Below, in pieces: positions 54,278 to 62,775 of a stretch of DNA of 64,000 bases. Numbering within the stretch: position 1 is the first letter of the stretch; every line of letters starts with the position of its first letter. The stretch spans positions 4,471-68,470 of the forward strand of contig CAYOJH010000005.1 in NCBI GenBank assembly GCA_964404275.1, written 5' to 3'. The notes beneath the pieces are model-generated. The model had not been told where the DNA came from and did not search any database. It saw nothing but the letters and a program-made list of their open reading frames with translations. This DNA is from an uncultured Gammaproteobacteria bacterium (GTDB lineage Bacteria; Patescibacteriota; Patescibacteriia; SG8-24; DYFX01). Both the position numbers and the translations under genes were made by a program.

Positions 54278-54852
54278 TGCGGATCGTGTTGATCGCCGGC
54301 GGATCCGGGTCCGGCAAGACGACCGTTGCGCTCCTGCTTGCCGAGAAGCACCCGGATTGGACCGTCATCCATCTCGACAACTACCAGCGGCCGACGGAAG
54401 AGGTTCCGCGGCTTGGACGCTGGCGCAACTGGGATCATCCCGACGCGATCGACTTCGACGCGCTTCTCGGCCATCTCCAAGCGCTAAGGCGCGGAGAGTC
54501 CGTGGACGTCAAAGTGCGCAGCCAGACGAAGCAGACGAACGTCTTCAAGTTCGAACCCGTCACGCTCGCGCCCGGGCCGGTCATCCTGCTCGAGGGGTAT
54601 CTCGCGCTCTGGCATCCCGAAGTCCGCGCGATGGCGGAGCAGGGCTTTTACCTCGACGCGCCCCAGGCCTTGCGCCTCGATCGCCGTCGTTGGAAAAAGA
54701 GCCCCGAATACGTCGCAAACGTGCTCGAGCCGATGTTCCGCGAGCACCTCGAACCGACCAAGGCCTTCGCCGACGTCATCCTCGATACCAGCGAAGACTC
54801 GGCCGCGCGCATCGCCGCGATCCTCGACTTCATCCTCGCGCCGGGCCAATAG
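54277..54852 (+). CDS. Uridine kinase-like P-loop kinase
   Basis: AGGSGSGKTT, HLDNY, NWDHPDAID, LLEG, EPTKAFAD. Confidence 0.85.
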   Translation: MRIVLIAGGSGSGKTTVALLLAEKHPDWTVIHLDNYQRPTEEVPRLGRWRNWDHPDAIDFDALLGHLQALRRGESVDVKVRSQTKQTNVFKFEPVTLAPGPVILLEGYLALWHPEVRAMAEQGFYLDAPQALRLDRRRWKKSPEYVANVLEPMFREHLEPTKAFADVILDTSEDSAARIAAILDFILAPGQ

Positions 54853-54913
54853 CCCGGTTTTTTCTTTCCCCTGAATCTTGCCTATTTTCGGGCTTTTCGC
54901 TATAGTCTGGAGC

Positions 54914-55465
54914 ATGCGTATCCATCCTAAAAAGTTCCGCCGCCCCGTCGAGGTCGCGCCGCTCTATCGGGCCAACTCGCAAATTCTGTCGCCCGAAGTC
55001 CGCGTGATCGACGAGACCGGCGTGAACCTCGGCGTGCTGCCGACGGCTCAGGCCCTCGGCATTGCCCAGGAACGCGGCTACGACCTCGTCGAGGTGGACC
55101 CGCGCCCGCAGCCGCCGATCGCCAAGATCCTGAACCTCGGCCAATTCAAGTACGAGCGCGAGCGCGAAATGCGCAAGCAGAAGGCCAAGGCCAAGCAGGT
55201 GGAAGTCAAAGGCATCCGCCTCTCCCCTCGCATCGGCGCGCACGACCTCGAAACCCGCATGCGCCTGGCGGAGCGCTTCCTGGACGAGGGCGACAAGCTC
55301 CGGATCGAGATCATCCTGCGCGGCCGCGAGAAAGCGCACTCTGAGCTGGCCAAAGGCGTGATCCAGGGTTTCGTCAAGCAATTGCAGGAGAAATTCCCCT
55401 TGAATATCGAGCAGGCGATCCAGGTCCAGGGAGGCCAGTTGACAATGATCGTCGGAAAGAAGTAA
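54914..55465 (+). CDS. infC: Translation initiation factor IF-3
   Basis: EVRVIDE.G.NLG, DLVEV, EVKGIRLSPRI..HD, RGRE; promoter TTGCCT-N17-TATAGT at 54878-54906. Confidence 0.97.
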   Translation: MRIHPKKFRRPVEVAPLYRANSQILSPEVRVIDETGVNLGVLPTAQALGIAQERGYDLVEVDPRPQPPIAKILNLGQFKYEREREMRKQKAKAKQVEVKGIRLSPRIGAHDLETRMRLAERFLDEGDKLRIEIILRGREKAHSELAKGVIQGFVKQLQEKFPLNIEQAIQVQGGQLTMIVGKK

Positions 55466-55478
55466 GCTAGCAGCCGCT

Positions 55479-55679
55479 ATGAAAGCCAAAACGAAGAAAG
55501 CCTTCGCCAAGCGCATCAAAGTCACCAAAAATGGCAAACTTTTGAAGCGCGCGGCCGGCCAGGATCACTTCAACGCCCGCGACACGGGCACGCAGACCAA
55601 GCGCAAGCGCCGGGACACCAACATGTCGGAGTCCTACCGCCACTCGCTCAAGAGCCTGCTTCCTAATCACAACGTCTAA
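55479..55679 (+). CDS. rpmI: 50S ribosomal protein L35
   Basis: KTKKAFAKRIKVTKNGK, position between infC and rplT. Confidence 0.95.
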   Translation: MKAKTKKAFAKRIKVTKNGKLLKRAAGQDHFNARDTGTQTKRKRRDTNMSESYRHSLKSLLPNHNV

Positions 55680-55681
55680 GT

Positions 55682-56041
55682 ATGCCGCGCGTCAAACGAG
55701 GTCTCGTCCGCGCCCGCAAGCGCGCCCGCATCTTGAAAAAGACGAAGGGCATGATGTGGGGCCGCAAGAGCAAGATCAAGCTGGCCAAAACCGCCGCCAC
55801 CAAGGCCGGCGCTTACGCCTACCGCGATCGCCGCACCAAAAAGCGCGACATGCGCTCCCTCTGGCTGATCCGCCTGAACGCGGGTCTCCGCGAACTCGGC
55901 CTGTCCTACAGCAAGTTCGCCGGCATGCTCAAAAAGGCCAAAATCAGCCTCGACCGCAAGGTCCTGGCCGATCTGGCCGCCAACCACCCGCCGATCTTCA
56001 AGGCCCTGGTCGAAACGACCCAGAAACTGGCCTCCAACTGA
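55682..56041 (+). CDS. rplT: 50S ribosomal protein L20
   Basis: MPRVKRG, YAYRDRR.KKR..RSLW..R.NA, LDRKVLADLA. Confidence 0.98.
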   Translation: MPRVKRGLVRARKRARILKKTKGMMWGRKSKIKLAKTAATKAGAYAYRDRRTKKRDMRSLWLIRLNAGLRELGLSYSKFAGMLKKAKISLDRKVLADLAANHPPIFKALVETTQKLASN

Positions 56042-56078
56042 GCCAAAAACCGGAAAAGTCAAGGCGCTTCAAAACGCC

Positions 56079-56126
56079 TTGACTTTTTTGCGTTTTCCTG
56101 TTACCCTGGCGCGTTGCTCTTTGGAA
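56079..56126 (+). promoter_or_regulatory. Sigma70 promoter plus boxA-like GCTCTTTGGAA
   Basis: TTGACT-N17-TACCCT; motif at 56116-56126. Confidence 0.55.
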
Positions 56127-56178
56127 AATTCACCCCTACCGAAAACCCCTAGCCCGACACCAAGAAAGAGAGGTGGCT

Positions 56179-57414
56179 ATGGGCCACTCCAGCGTCGTCC
56201 CGTCCGAAAAGGACCCGCCCTGCGAGAAGTGCAACCAAGACTGGCAACGTCACACGCTCCTGGGCATGAAAGACGGCGTGTTCCACATGGAATGCGACCG
56301 CGATCCCGCCCTCGGCATCGACCCGAACCTGCAGAGGATCGACGACTTGCTCGCGGCCGAAAAGAACGCCAAGAGCCTCGAAGATCGCCTGACGCAGCGC
56401 GTGGCCGATCGGGAAGACGAGCACAAGGCTCGGATCCAGACCCTCGAACAGGAGCTAAGGCAGAAGAGCCTCAGGCTTCAGGATCTGGAAGCCCGCGCCG
56501 GCCGCCAAGATGAAGTCATCAGGGAGACCTGCGATAGGGCTCTCGACGCGCAGAAGAGGGTCCATGCGGCCGAGATCGATCCGCTTCGCCAGAAGCTGGC
56601 CGATCACGCGGAGCTGCAAACCAAGCTGGCCGAAAGCGAAAACAACTATCGGCTGGCCAAGAGCGGCAACGACGCGCTCATCGCCGACGCGCACAAGCTC
56701 AACGAAGCGTTGGCGAAAGCCAAAGAGGAAACCGCGAAAGCGCGCTTCAATCTGAATCTCGCCGAAGGCGAGCTGGAGCAGTTGCGCAGCGACTACGAGA
56801 GCCTCAAGAAGGGTCTCGAGAACCAGACGATCCGCGTCGGCCAACTCGAAGCCCAGCTGCTCGCGCGGCACGCTCCGGCCACTCCCCCGCCCTTCAAAAA
56901 GGCCGAGGAGAAGGCGCCAGTGCCCGCCGCGCCGGACACCGTCCAGATGCCGGCGGCGGAGCTTCCGAACGAGAAGGAGTTCCTCGTTCCCGACGAGGTC
57001 TCCGTGATCGAGGAGAAAGAAGCCATCGCGATCGGCGGCGGCAACACGGAAGCGCTGCAGAGCATGGATCTCATCCCGCTCGACCCCGTATCGAAGGGGG
57101 AAGAGGACGAGGAAGAGGCCTTCGAAGCTCCGCCGTGCGACGTCTGCGGTCAGACCGCCGTCGCGCAAGCGCCTTTCGAACCCAAGCCCGGCGCGACGGA
57201 CGATGACGGACAGCTGATGGGACCGGCCACGCTCTACGCCTGTCTCAAGGACAGCCAAGACTGCAACGGTTTCCAAGCCGCCCTGGGCGCGCTGGAAGAG
57301 CACTTCCAAAATCCTCCCAAGGATCTGGAAGAGCTCCGCAAGCGTTTCCGGCCGTTGTATCCCGCCGCGCACCTCGTCTCCAACGACCGCACCCAAGAGG
57401 AGATCCGCTCATGA
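56179..57414 (+). CDS. Coiled-coil protein with terminal CxxC motifs
   Basis: CEKC..H..C N-terminus, long heptad region, acidic linker, CDVC..C..C; GAGGT SD. Confidence 0.78.
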   Translation: MGHSSVVPSEKDPPCEKCNQDWQRHTLLGMKDGVFHMECDRDPALGIDPNLQRIDDLLAAEKNAKSLEDRLTQRVADREDEHKARIQTLEQELRQKSLRLQDLEARAGRQDEVIRETCDRALDAQKRVHAAEIDPLRQKLADHAELQTKLAESENNYRLAKSGNDALIADAHKLNEALAKAKEETAKARFNLNLAEGELEQLRSDYESLKKGLENQTIRVGQLEAQLLARHAPATPPPFKKAEEKAPVPAAPDTVQMPAAELPNEKEFLVPDEVSVIEEKEAIAIGGGNTEALQSMDLIPLDPVSKGEEDEEEAFEAPPCDVCGQTAVAQAPFEPKPGATDDDGQLMGPATLYACLKDSQDCNGFQAALGALEEHFQNPPKDLEELRKRFRPLYPAAHLVSNDRTQEEIRS

Positions 57415-57875
57415 ACGTCAACGATCCGCGCATCGTCCATACGCAACGGCCTTCGGAGACCGAGGAGCCTTCCTCGAAAAGGAAGATTCTCGGGATCCTG
57501 GCGGCCGTCGTGGGCGCCCTGATTCTCGCGATCGTCACCTATAGCTTCGTGTATGACCGCTTCGGCGGCTCGAACGAAGCGTCGGCGAACGTCGTGGAAT
57601 CGCGCGGCGTCGTCAGTCGGGCCGCGGTCGCCGAAACCCTCCAGAAGGAGGATGCCTTCTGCGCGGCGCATGGCAAGGAAGACGGTTTCAACGCCTGGTT
57701 CTGCGGCGACGGCCATCGATGGATGGGCGACGTCAACGGCCAGCTGGAGAAGCTCGACACGAGATCGCCCGCGCACATCAAGTACCTGGCGCTCGCCTTC
57801 GTCGCCCTGCTCATCTGGAACGTCATCCTGACGGCGAAGCTCGCCGGCAAGAAAGACAAAGAAGACGCACCGTAG
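57411..57875 (+). CDS. Two-TM membrane protein
   Basis: ATGA overlap with the upstream gene, GAGGAG SD, Cys pair in the loop. Confidence 0.75.
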   Translation: MNVNDPRIVHTQRPSETEEPSSKRKILGILAAVVGALILAIVTYSFVYDRFGGSNEASANVVESRGVVSRAAVAETLQKEDAFCAAHGKEDGFNAWFCGDGHRWMGDVNGQLEKLDTRSPAHIKYLALAFVALLIWNVILTAKLAGKKDKEDAP

Positions 57876-57934
57876 GGGTGCTCAGCTCGGACCGGCTCGT
57901 CCTCGCGCAAGCGACGACGGGCCTTTTCTTTTTT

Positions 57935-59203
57935 TCAAACGGGGATGGCGTCGGGCGCGGTCGCGAATCCGCTTTGCGGCTCTCCGGAGCGGGCGATCGG
58001 CGGGTGGCCGTCAGACGCGGCGTAGCCGTAGCGGCGTCCGTCGAGTCCGTAAAGCGCGAAGAGCGGGACTCCGCCCAGCTCACGGCTGAGCGGATCGAAG
58101 GCCAGATAGCCGACGATGGCGCCGTCCGGATCGGCGACGGCGCGACAGCGCAGCAAGCGTCCGCGCTTCCCGTAGCAAAGAATGGATGAGGGAACGCGTC
58201 CGCGCACGGAGGCGCGCGAAAGCGGGTGCCCGGGCCGGAACGCGCCGTAGCGGACTTCGGCGGGTTCGATGCCGAGGGCTTCCGAGAAGGAAACGTCGTC
58301 GGCCGCCGGATGGGCGCGCAGCGTTTCGGCGAGCGGCTCGGCCATGCGACGCTCAAGCTCCGAAGCGCGTGGATGCGCCGCCAGCTGTTCCAGCGCGTCA
58401 GCCGCCTCGGACGCCGCCAGATGCGAAAAGCGTTCATGCCAGGCCTCCGGCAGGCGGAACATGAGGGTGGAATCGGTTTTGATCGAAGTTGGCGGAGCGA
58501 GCCGTCCGCCGGCAAAAGCGTTTTTCGCGGCGGCGGCGCCGAGGAGACGAACGAAATCCTCATCAGTCTCGTCCCAAAAAGAGAGGCGCGAGCGGTTTTG
58601 TTCAGAGAGCGCTTCGAGCAGCGCGTGCGCGGCGCGCGTGCGCGGAGAAGGCTCCGCCGCGCCTTCGCGATCCAGCAGCGCCGAAGCGGCGCTTCCGAGC
58701 GCGCGCGCGAAGTCGCGCGATTTTTCATCCGCGCCTTGGGCCTCCCCTTTCAGTACGCAAGACGCTGCCAGCGTTTTCAAAGCCGCTGCTTGGCGCGTCG
58801 CCCCGCAAGCGCGCGCGTGGCCCGCGAAAAGACCGAGGAGCGGCCGCAAAGCCTGTTCCCAAACCTCCTCGCCGTCACGCTCTTGGCGCAGCGCGACCGT
58901 GGCCGGTCCGCGCAGGCGTTCCCGCGCTTCCTTGCAGCCTGGCGCGAAGATCTCGCGCAGCGCGACCGCCAGCGCGCGAGACGTGTTCACGTCCGCGTGC
59001 GCGCTCGAGCCCGGGCCGAGCCGTTGCATCCAGGCTTCAGGCGCTTCCAGATACGCCGAAGCCAGCGCGGCGGCGCGTTCGCGCTCCGCCGGCGAAGCTT
59101 CGAAGACGCGCTCGCGATCGGCCAGGCGGTCGATGACCGTCCGGAGATCCGTCTCTGCGAGATCGTCGTCGGTCAGCAGGCGACGCAGCGTTTCGGCCTT
59201 CAT
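57935..59203 (-). CDS. Hypothetical Ala/Arg-rich protein
   Basis: ATG overlaps the upstream stop; no recognisable motif. Confidence 0.6.
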   Translation of the reverse strand: MKAETLRRLLTDDDLAETDLRTVIDRLADRERVFEASPAERERAAALASAYLEAPEAWMQRLGPGSSAHADVNTSRALAVALREIFAPGCKEARERLRGPATVALRQERDGEEVWEQALRPLLGLFAGHARACGATRQAAALKTLAASCVLKGEAQGADEKSRDFARALGSAASALLDREGAAEPSPRTRAAHALLEALSEQNRSRLSFWDETDEDFVRLLGAAAAKNAFAGGRLAPPTSIKTDSTLMFRLPEAWHERFSHLAASEAADALEQLAAHPRASELERRMAEPLAETLRAHPAADDVSFSEALGIEPAEVRYGAFRPGHPLSRASVRGRVPSSILCYGKRGRLLRCRAVADPDGAIVGYLAFDPLSRELGGVPLFALYGLDGRRYGYAASDGHPPIARSGEPQSGFATAPDAIPV

Positions 59204-59556
59204 AGATGCAGCTCGTCGCGCAGAAGTTCCGCCCGATCGAGGCATTCGCGGCCGAAGCGGTCAAGCGCCGAACGGACGCGCGCTTCAGCGTCCGGCACGC
59301 GCACGTCGAAAAAAGCGATCAACTCATCCTCGCTGGCGCCCTCTTCGGCCAGCGCGCGGAAGGCCCGGAGCGAATGCGGGTCGATCGCGTGCATCAACTC
59401 GAAGCCGACGCGCCTTTGCGCTTCCACGGTCAGCGCGTCCACCGTCTCGGCGCGCTCTTCCTCCGGCGCATGCGCGAAGCCGGCCTTGGCGAGCAAGGCT
59501 TCGACATAGGCGCGGATCGGGTCATGCGCGAAGACGGAGACCAGTGGAAGGTCCAT
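59200..59556 (-). CDS. DUF5663-like small helical protein
   Basis: YVEALL..AGF...PEE...RRVG.E pattern typical of CPR; TGT-TATGCT 8 nt before ATG. Confidence 0.65.
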   Translation of the reverse strand: MDLPLVSVFAHDPIRAYVEALLAKAGFAHAPEEERAETVDALTVEAQRRVGFELMHAIDPHSLRAFRALAEEGASEDELIAFFDVRVPDAEARVRSALDRFGRECLDRAELLRDELHL

Positions 59557-59600
59557 ACCATGACAGCATAACAAAAAAAGCTCCCGCGCTGAAGCGGGAA

Positions 59601-60500
59601 CTAGCGAGTCTGTGCCAAGAGGGCGCCGACCGACTCGTTGAGCTTGGGATGCTTGCGATCGGCGTAGTCGTAGAAGCCCTTGCCGGTCTTGCGGCCCTTG
59701 TCGCCTTCTTCGATCATCCGCTCGAGCAACCTGGGCGGCGTGAAAGCCGGGCCCAAGCCGCCGTGATAGAGATGCTCGGCGATCGCGTAGATGACGTCGA
59801 GGCCGACGAAATCCATCAGCTCGAAGGGCCCCATCGGATGCTTCAGGCCTTCGCGGACGCTGACGTCCGTGTTCTGCACGTCGCTCAAGAAGGCGCACAT
59901 GCGGATGGCTTCGAGCTGCTGCACGAGCATCAGGCGGTTGACCCGGTAGCCGGGCGTGGTCGGCGCGTCGATGGGCAGATGCCCGAGCGCAGTCACGAAG
60001 ACCTTGCCCGCCTCGCACGTCGCGAGCGAGGCCATCGGCGCGGCGAATTCGACCAGCGTCATGACCTCGACGGGATTGAAGAAGTGCAGACCGAGAAAGC
60101 GCTCGGGGCGATGCGACGCCTGCGCCAGGTCATGCACGTCGATGGACGACGTGTTGGTGGCCAGCACGGCTTCCGCCTTCAGGATATCCTTGAGCCTCCC
60201 GTAACAGTCCTCCTTGGCGGCGAAATCCTCGACGATCGATTCGATGACCAGGTTGCAGTCGGCCAAGGCGGCGGCGTCATGCGACCAGTCGATCCCGGTC
60301 TTGAGCGCGATGTGCTGTTCCACGCTCAGTTTCTGGCGCTCGCGATCCTTGATGACCGCATCATCGAACCGCTTGCGGGCCCCGTACAACGAAGCCTCGC
60401 GCCCGACGATGACGACGTGAAAGTCGCGCAGGGCCGCCAGGCGGGCGATGCCCGTGCCCATAACGCCGGTACCGACGATGCCGATCTTGCCAAGCTCCAT
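59601..60500 (-). CDS. 3-hydroxyacyl/3-hydroxybutyryl-CoA dehydrogenase
   Basis: GTGVMG, VIESIVE, ATNTSS, GLHFFNP..LVE, PMGPFELMD.VGLD, GRKTGKGFY; AAGGAG SD; TTGACA-N16-TATCCT at 60537-60564. Confidence 0.92.
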   Translation of the reverse strand: MELGKIGIVGTGVMGTGIARLAALRDFHVVIVGREASLYGARKRFDDAVIKDRERQKLSVEQHIALKTGIDWSHDAAALADCNLVIESIVEDFAAKEDCYGRLKDILKAEAVLATNTSSIDVHDLAQASHRPERFLGLHFFNPVEVMTLVEFAAPMASLATCEAGKVFVTALGHLPIDAPTTPGYRVNRLMLVQQLEAIRMCAFLSDVQNTDVSVREGLKHPMGPFELMDFVGLDVIYAIAEHLYHGGLGPAFTPPRLLERMIEEGDKGRKTGKGFYDYADRKHPKLNESVGALLAQTR

Positions 60501-60609
60501 GACTTGCTCCTTGTTGAGAGAAAAGAACCAGGCCAAAGGATAACGCAAAAACGGAAAATGTCAAGGGCAGAAAAAGCCCCTCGCGCTGGCGAAGGGCATG
60601 GCGGAGGAA

Positions 60610-61086
60610 CTATGGCGCCGAGGAGCCCCATTCGAAGCAGGCTTTCCAGGCTTCGAGCGCGCGTTGATCCGGGATCAGGCAGCCCTGGTCGAGCCTGCCG
60701 AGAAGCGGGAGATCATCCCGTTCGCGCAGGCGCGCGACCACGAACGCGAGCACCGACGGCAGCGTGCCGCATCTGGCGGCGATCACGGCCGTCGTGACGG
60801 CATCGGGGATCGGAAACGGACGGGCCGCGTAGCCGTTCGACCGCACGATCTGCACGGCCGCCCAATCGCAGTAGCCTCGAACCGACAGGGTCGCGCCGCG
60901 CTCGAGATCCGCGCCATAAAGCGCCCGAATGGCGTCCTCGTCGCCGTCTTCGACGACGCAAGGAACGAAGGCCGCCATCACCTCGCCGTTCTCCATGTGC
61001 GGATCGAGCGCCGTGATCAGTGCCGCGGCGATCTCCGAACCGAGCTCGGCCTGCGCGCGCGAGAGTCGTGAAAGAAAGTCGGCCAT
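60610..61086 (-). CDS. Hypothetical protein
   Basis: 158 aa, AGGAGG SD, TTGACG-N17-CATCTT at 61106-61134. Confidence 0.6.
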   Translation of the reverse strand: MADFLSRLSRAQAELGSEIAAALITALDPHMENGEVMAAFVPCVVEDGDEDAIRALYGADLERGATLSVRGYCDWAAVQIVRSNGYAARPFPIPDAVTTAVIAARCGTLPSVLAFVVARLRERDDLPLLGRLDQGCLIPDQRALEAWKACFEWGSSAP

Positions 61087-61144
61087 GTCGAACCTCCTGC
61101 AGAAAAAGATGCGCTCTTTTTTCCGATGCGTCAAGGCGGCTTCC

Positions 61145-62767
61145 TCACCGCGGCAGCGCGCAGCCGGTCCGGTCCGAAAGCGCCTTGAGGGATTGTTCAC
61201 CGACCAGGCGCGAGCCATCGGTGAATTCCCAAGTCGGATAGTCTTTGATGTTTTTGTTCGCGCAGACGTCGAGTTCGCTCTTGCCGTCCTCCGAGTTGCA
61301 TTCGACGTACGGCAGCCGCTCGGTCCCGCCGGCGAAGAGTTTCTTCTGCGCCTGGCAGTGATCGCAGGTGGACGCTCCGTAGAACACGGCGCCCTTGCTC
61401 TTCAAGCAGGCGGCGAACGACGCGTCCCAGATTTCCAACGTCATGAGCGCCTGGCGGATGACGTCCACGTTGGCATCCCATTTTTCGGCGGGCATGGAGG
61501 ATCCGATGAAATAGATGACGGCGTTCTTCATGGCCAGCACCGCGAGCGCGTGGTTCTTGACGCCCGCGTCCGTGTAGGTCGCTTCGAGAACGCGCGTGTC
61601 GAGACGGTCGCCGGAGAGCGCCTGGCTCTCGATTGTCGAAGAAAAATCTTTGTAGGTCCGGATCAATTCTTTCGAAAAGAATTGCGCGGCGTCGTCGGCA
61701 CTCTTGGCCTGGATGGCCGCCGCCGCGATGAAAGCGGTCTTGATCTGCGGATGGAACGGCTTGCCCTGAGACGCGCCCTGCGCGGGACCGTCGAACACGA
61801 TCGGCGAATCCGCTCCGCCTTTTTCGTTAACCGTCCAGCCCTTGGGCGGATGGAGGCTGAAGGCGAAGCTGTCGCTGACATACGGCTTGAGTTCCAGCGT
61901 TTCCCGTCCCGTGGGCGAGACCGGCGTGTTGCCGAGCGACCCGGAATACCCTTCGATGAGGGGTTTCTGCAACCAACCGGCGCCAAGGACGACGGCCGTC
62001 ATGACCACGATGCCGAGGCCGCAAAGGATGAGGCCCGCGCTGGCGACGCGCCGTTTCTTCGATGCCAAGCCTCTCCAGCCGCTCACCAATCCGTAGGCAT
62101 GCAGTTCGGCGCCGGCGAACGGGTTGAAGATCCACAGGAGCGGGGCGGCGATCGCGAACAGAAGAGCCGAGCCCGCATCTTTTTCCTTCATCTCTTCAGG
62201 CGATGGCGCCGGCCTTTTCTTCACGACGCCGATCAGGGTCAACAGCCAGACGAGCAGGCGCAGGAATCCGCCGACGATCATCAGCATGATGAAGAAGACG
62301 TTGAAGATCCCGGCGGTGAACAGGATGCGCAGAAGAATCGGAACGGACCCGCGGAGATCGGTCACTTCCAAAGCGGGCGCAGCGCCGTCCGAACTGAACC
62401 GGCCGCTGACCAGGACGGGAATTCCCCCGCCCTTGAAAGCCTCGAGGCCTTGGCAATCGGAGACGTCGAGCGGGAGGCTGAACGCCCCGTCGCGCAACGT
62501 GAACGTCTCTTCCGCGGCGGAATAGCGCAGGACGCCACTCAGCGTGATCTGCTGGAGGTTCCAGTAGTCGGGATGCAGGATGATGTCCTGGAGATCCGTG
62601 GTCCGGCCCTCGGCGTATGTCGCGCCGCATTCCGCACGCGGACCGTCGGACGAACCCGAACGGATGGACCAGTACAGATACGGCGCCGAAACCAACAAGG
62701 CGGTGGCCGACAGGAAGGCGGCCCAACCGGCGAATTTCTTGAAGATGCCCTTCATCTTGGGAGACAT
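61145..62767 (-). CDS. Multi-domain membrane protein with OB-like, PsbP-like and C-terminal thioredoxin-like domains
   Basis: Several TMs; FSLHPPKGW; CL..KGA.FYGA..CDHC..QK..F, YVEC, YPTW. Confidence 0.75.
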   Translation of the reverse strand: MSPKMKGIFKKFAGWAAFLSATALLVSAPYLYWSIRSGSSDGPRAECGATYAEGRTTDLQDIILHPDYWNLQQITLSGVLRYSAAEETFTLRDGAFSLPLDVSDCQGLEAFKGGGIPVLVSGRFSSDGAAPALEVTDLRGSVPILLRILFTAGIFNVFFIMLMIVGGFLRLLVWLLTLIGVVKKRPAPSPEEMKEKDAGSALLFAIAAPLLWIFNPFAGAELHAYGLVSGWRGLASKKRRVASAGLILCGLGIVVMTAVVLGAGWLQKPLIEGYSGSLGNTPVSPTGRETLELKPYVSDSFAFSLHPPKGWTVNEKGGADSPIVFDGPAQGASQGKPFHPQIKTAFIAAAAIQAKSADDAAQFFSKELIRTYKDFSSTIESQALSGDRLDTRVLEATYTDAGVKNHALAVLAMKNAVIYFIGSSMPAEKWDANVDVIRQALMTLEIWDASFAACLKSKGAVFYGASTCDHCQAQKKLFAGGTERLPYVECNSEDGKSELDVCANKNIKDYPTWEFTDGSRLVGEQSLKALSDRTGCALPR

Positions 62768-62775
62768 CGGGTTTT

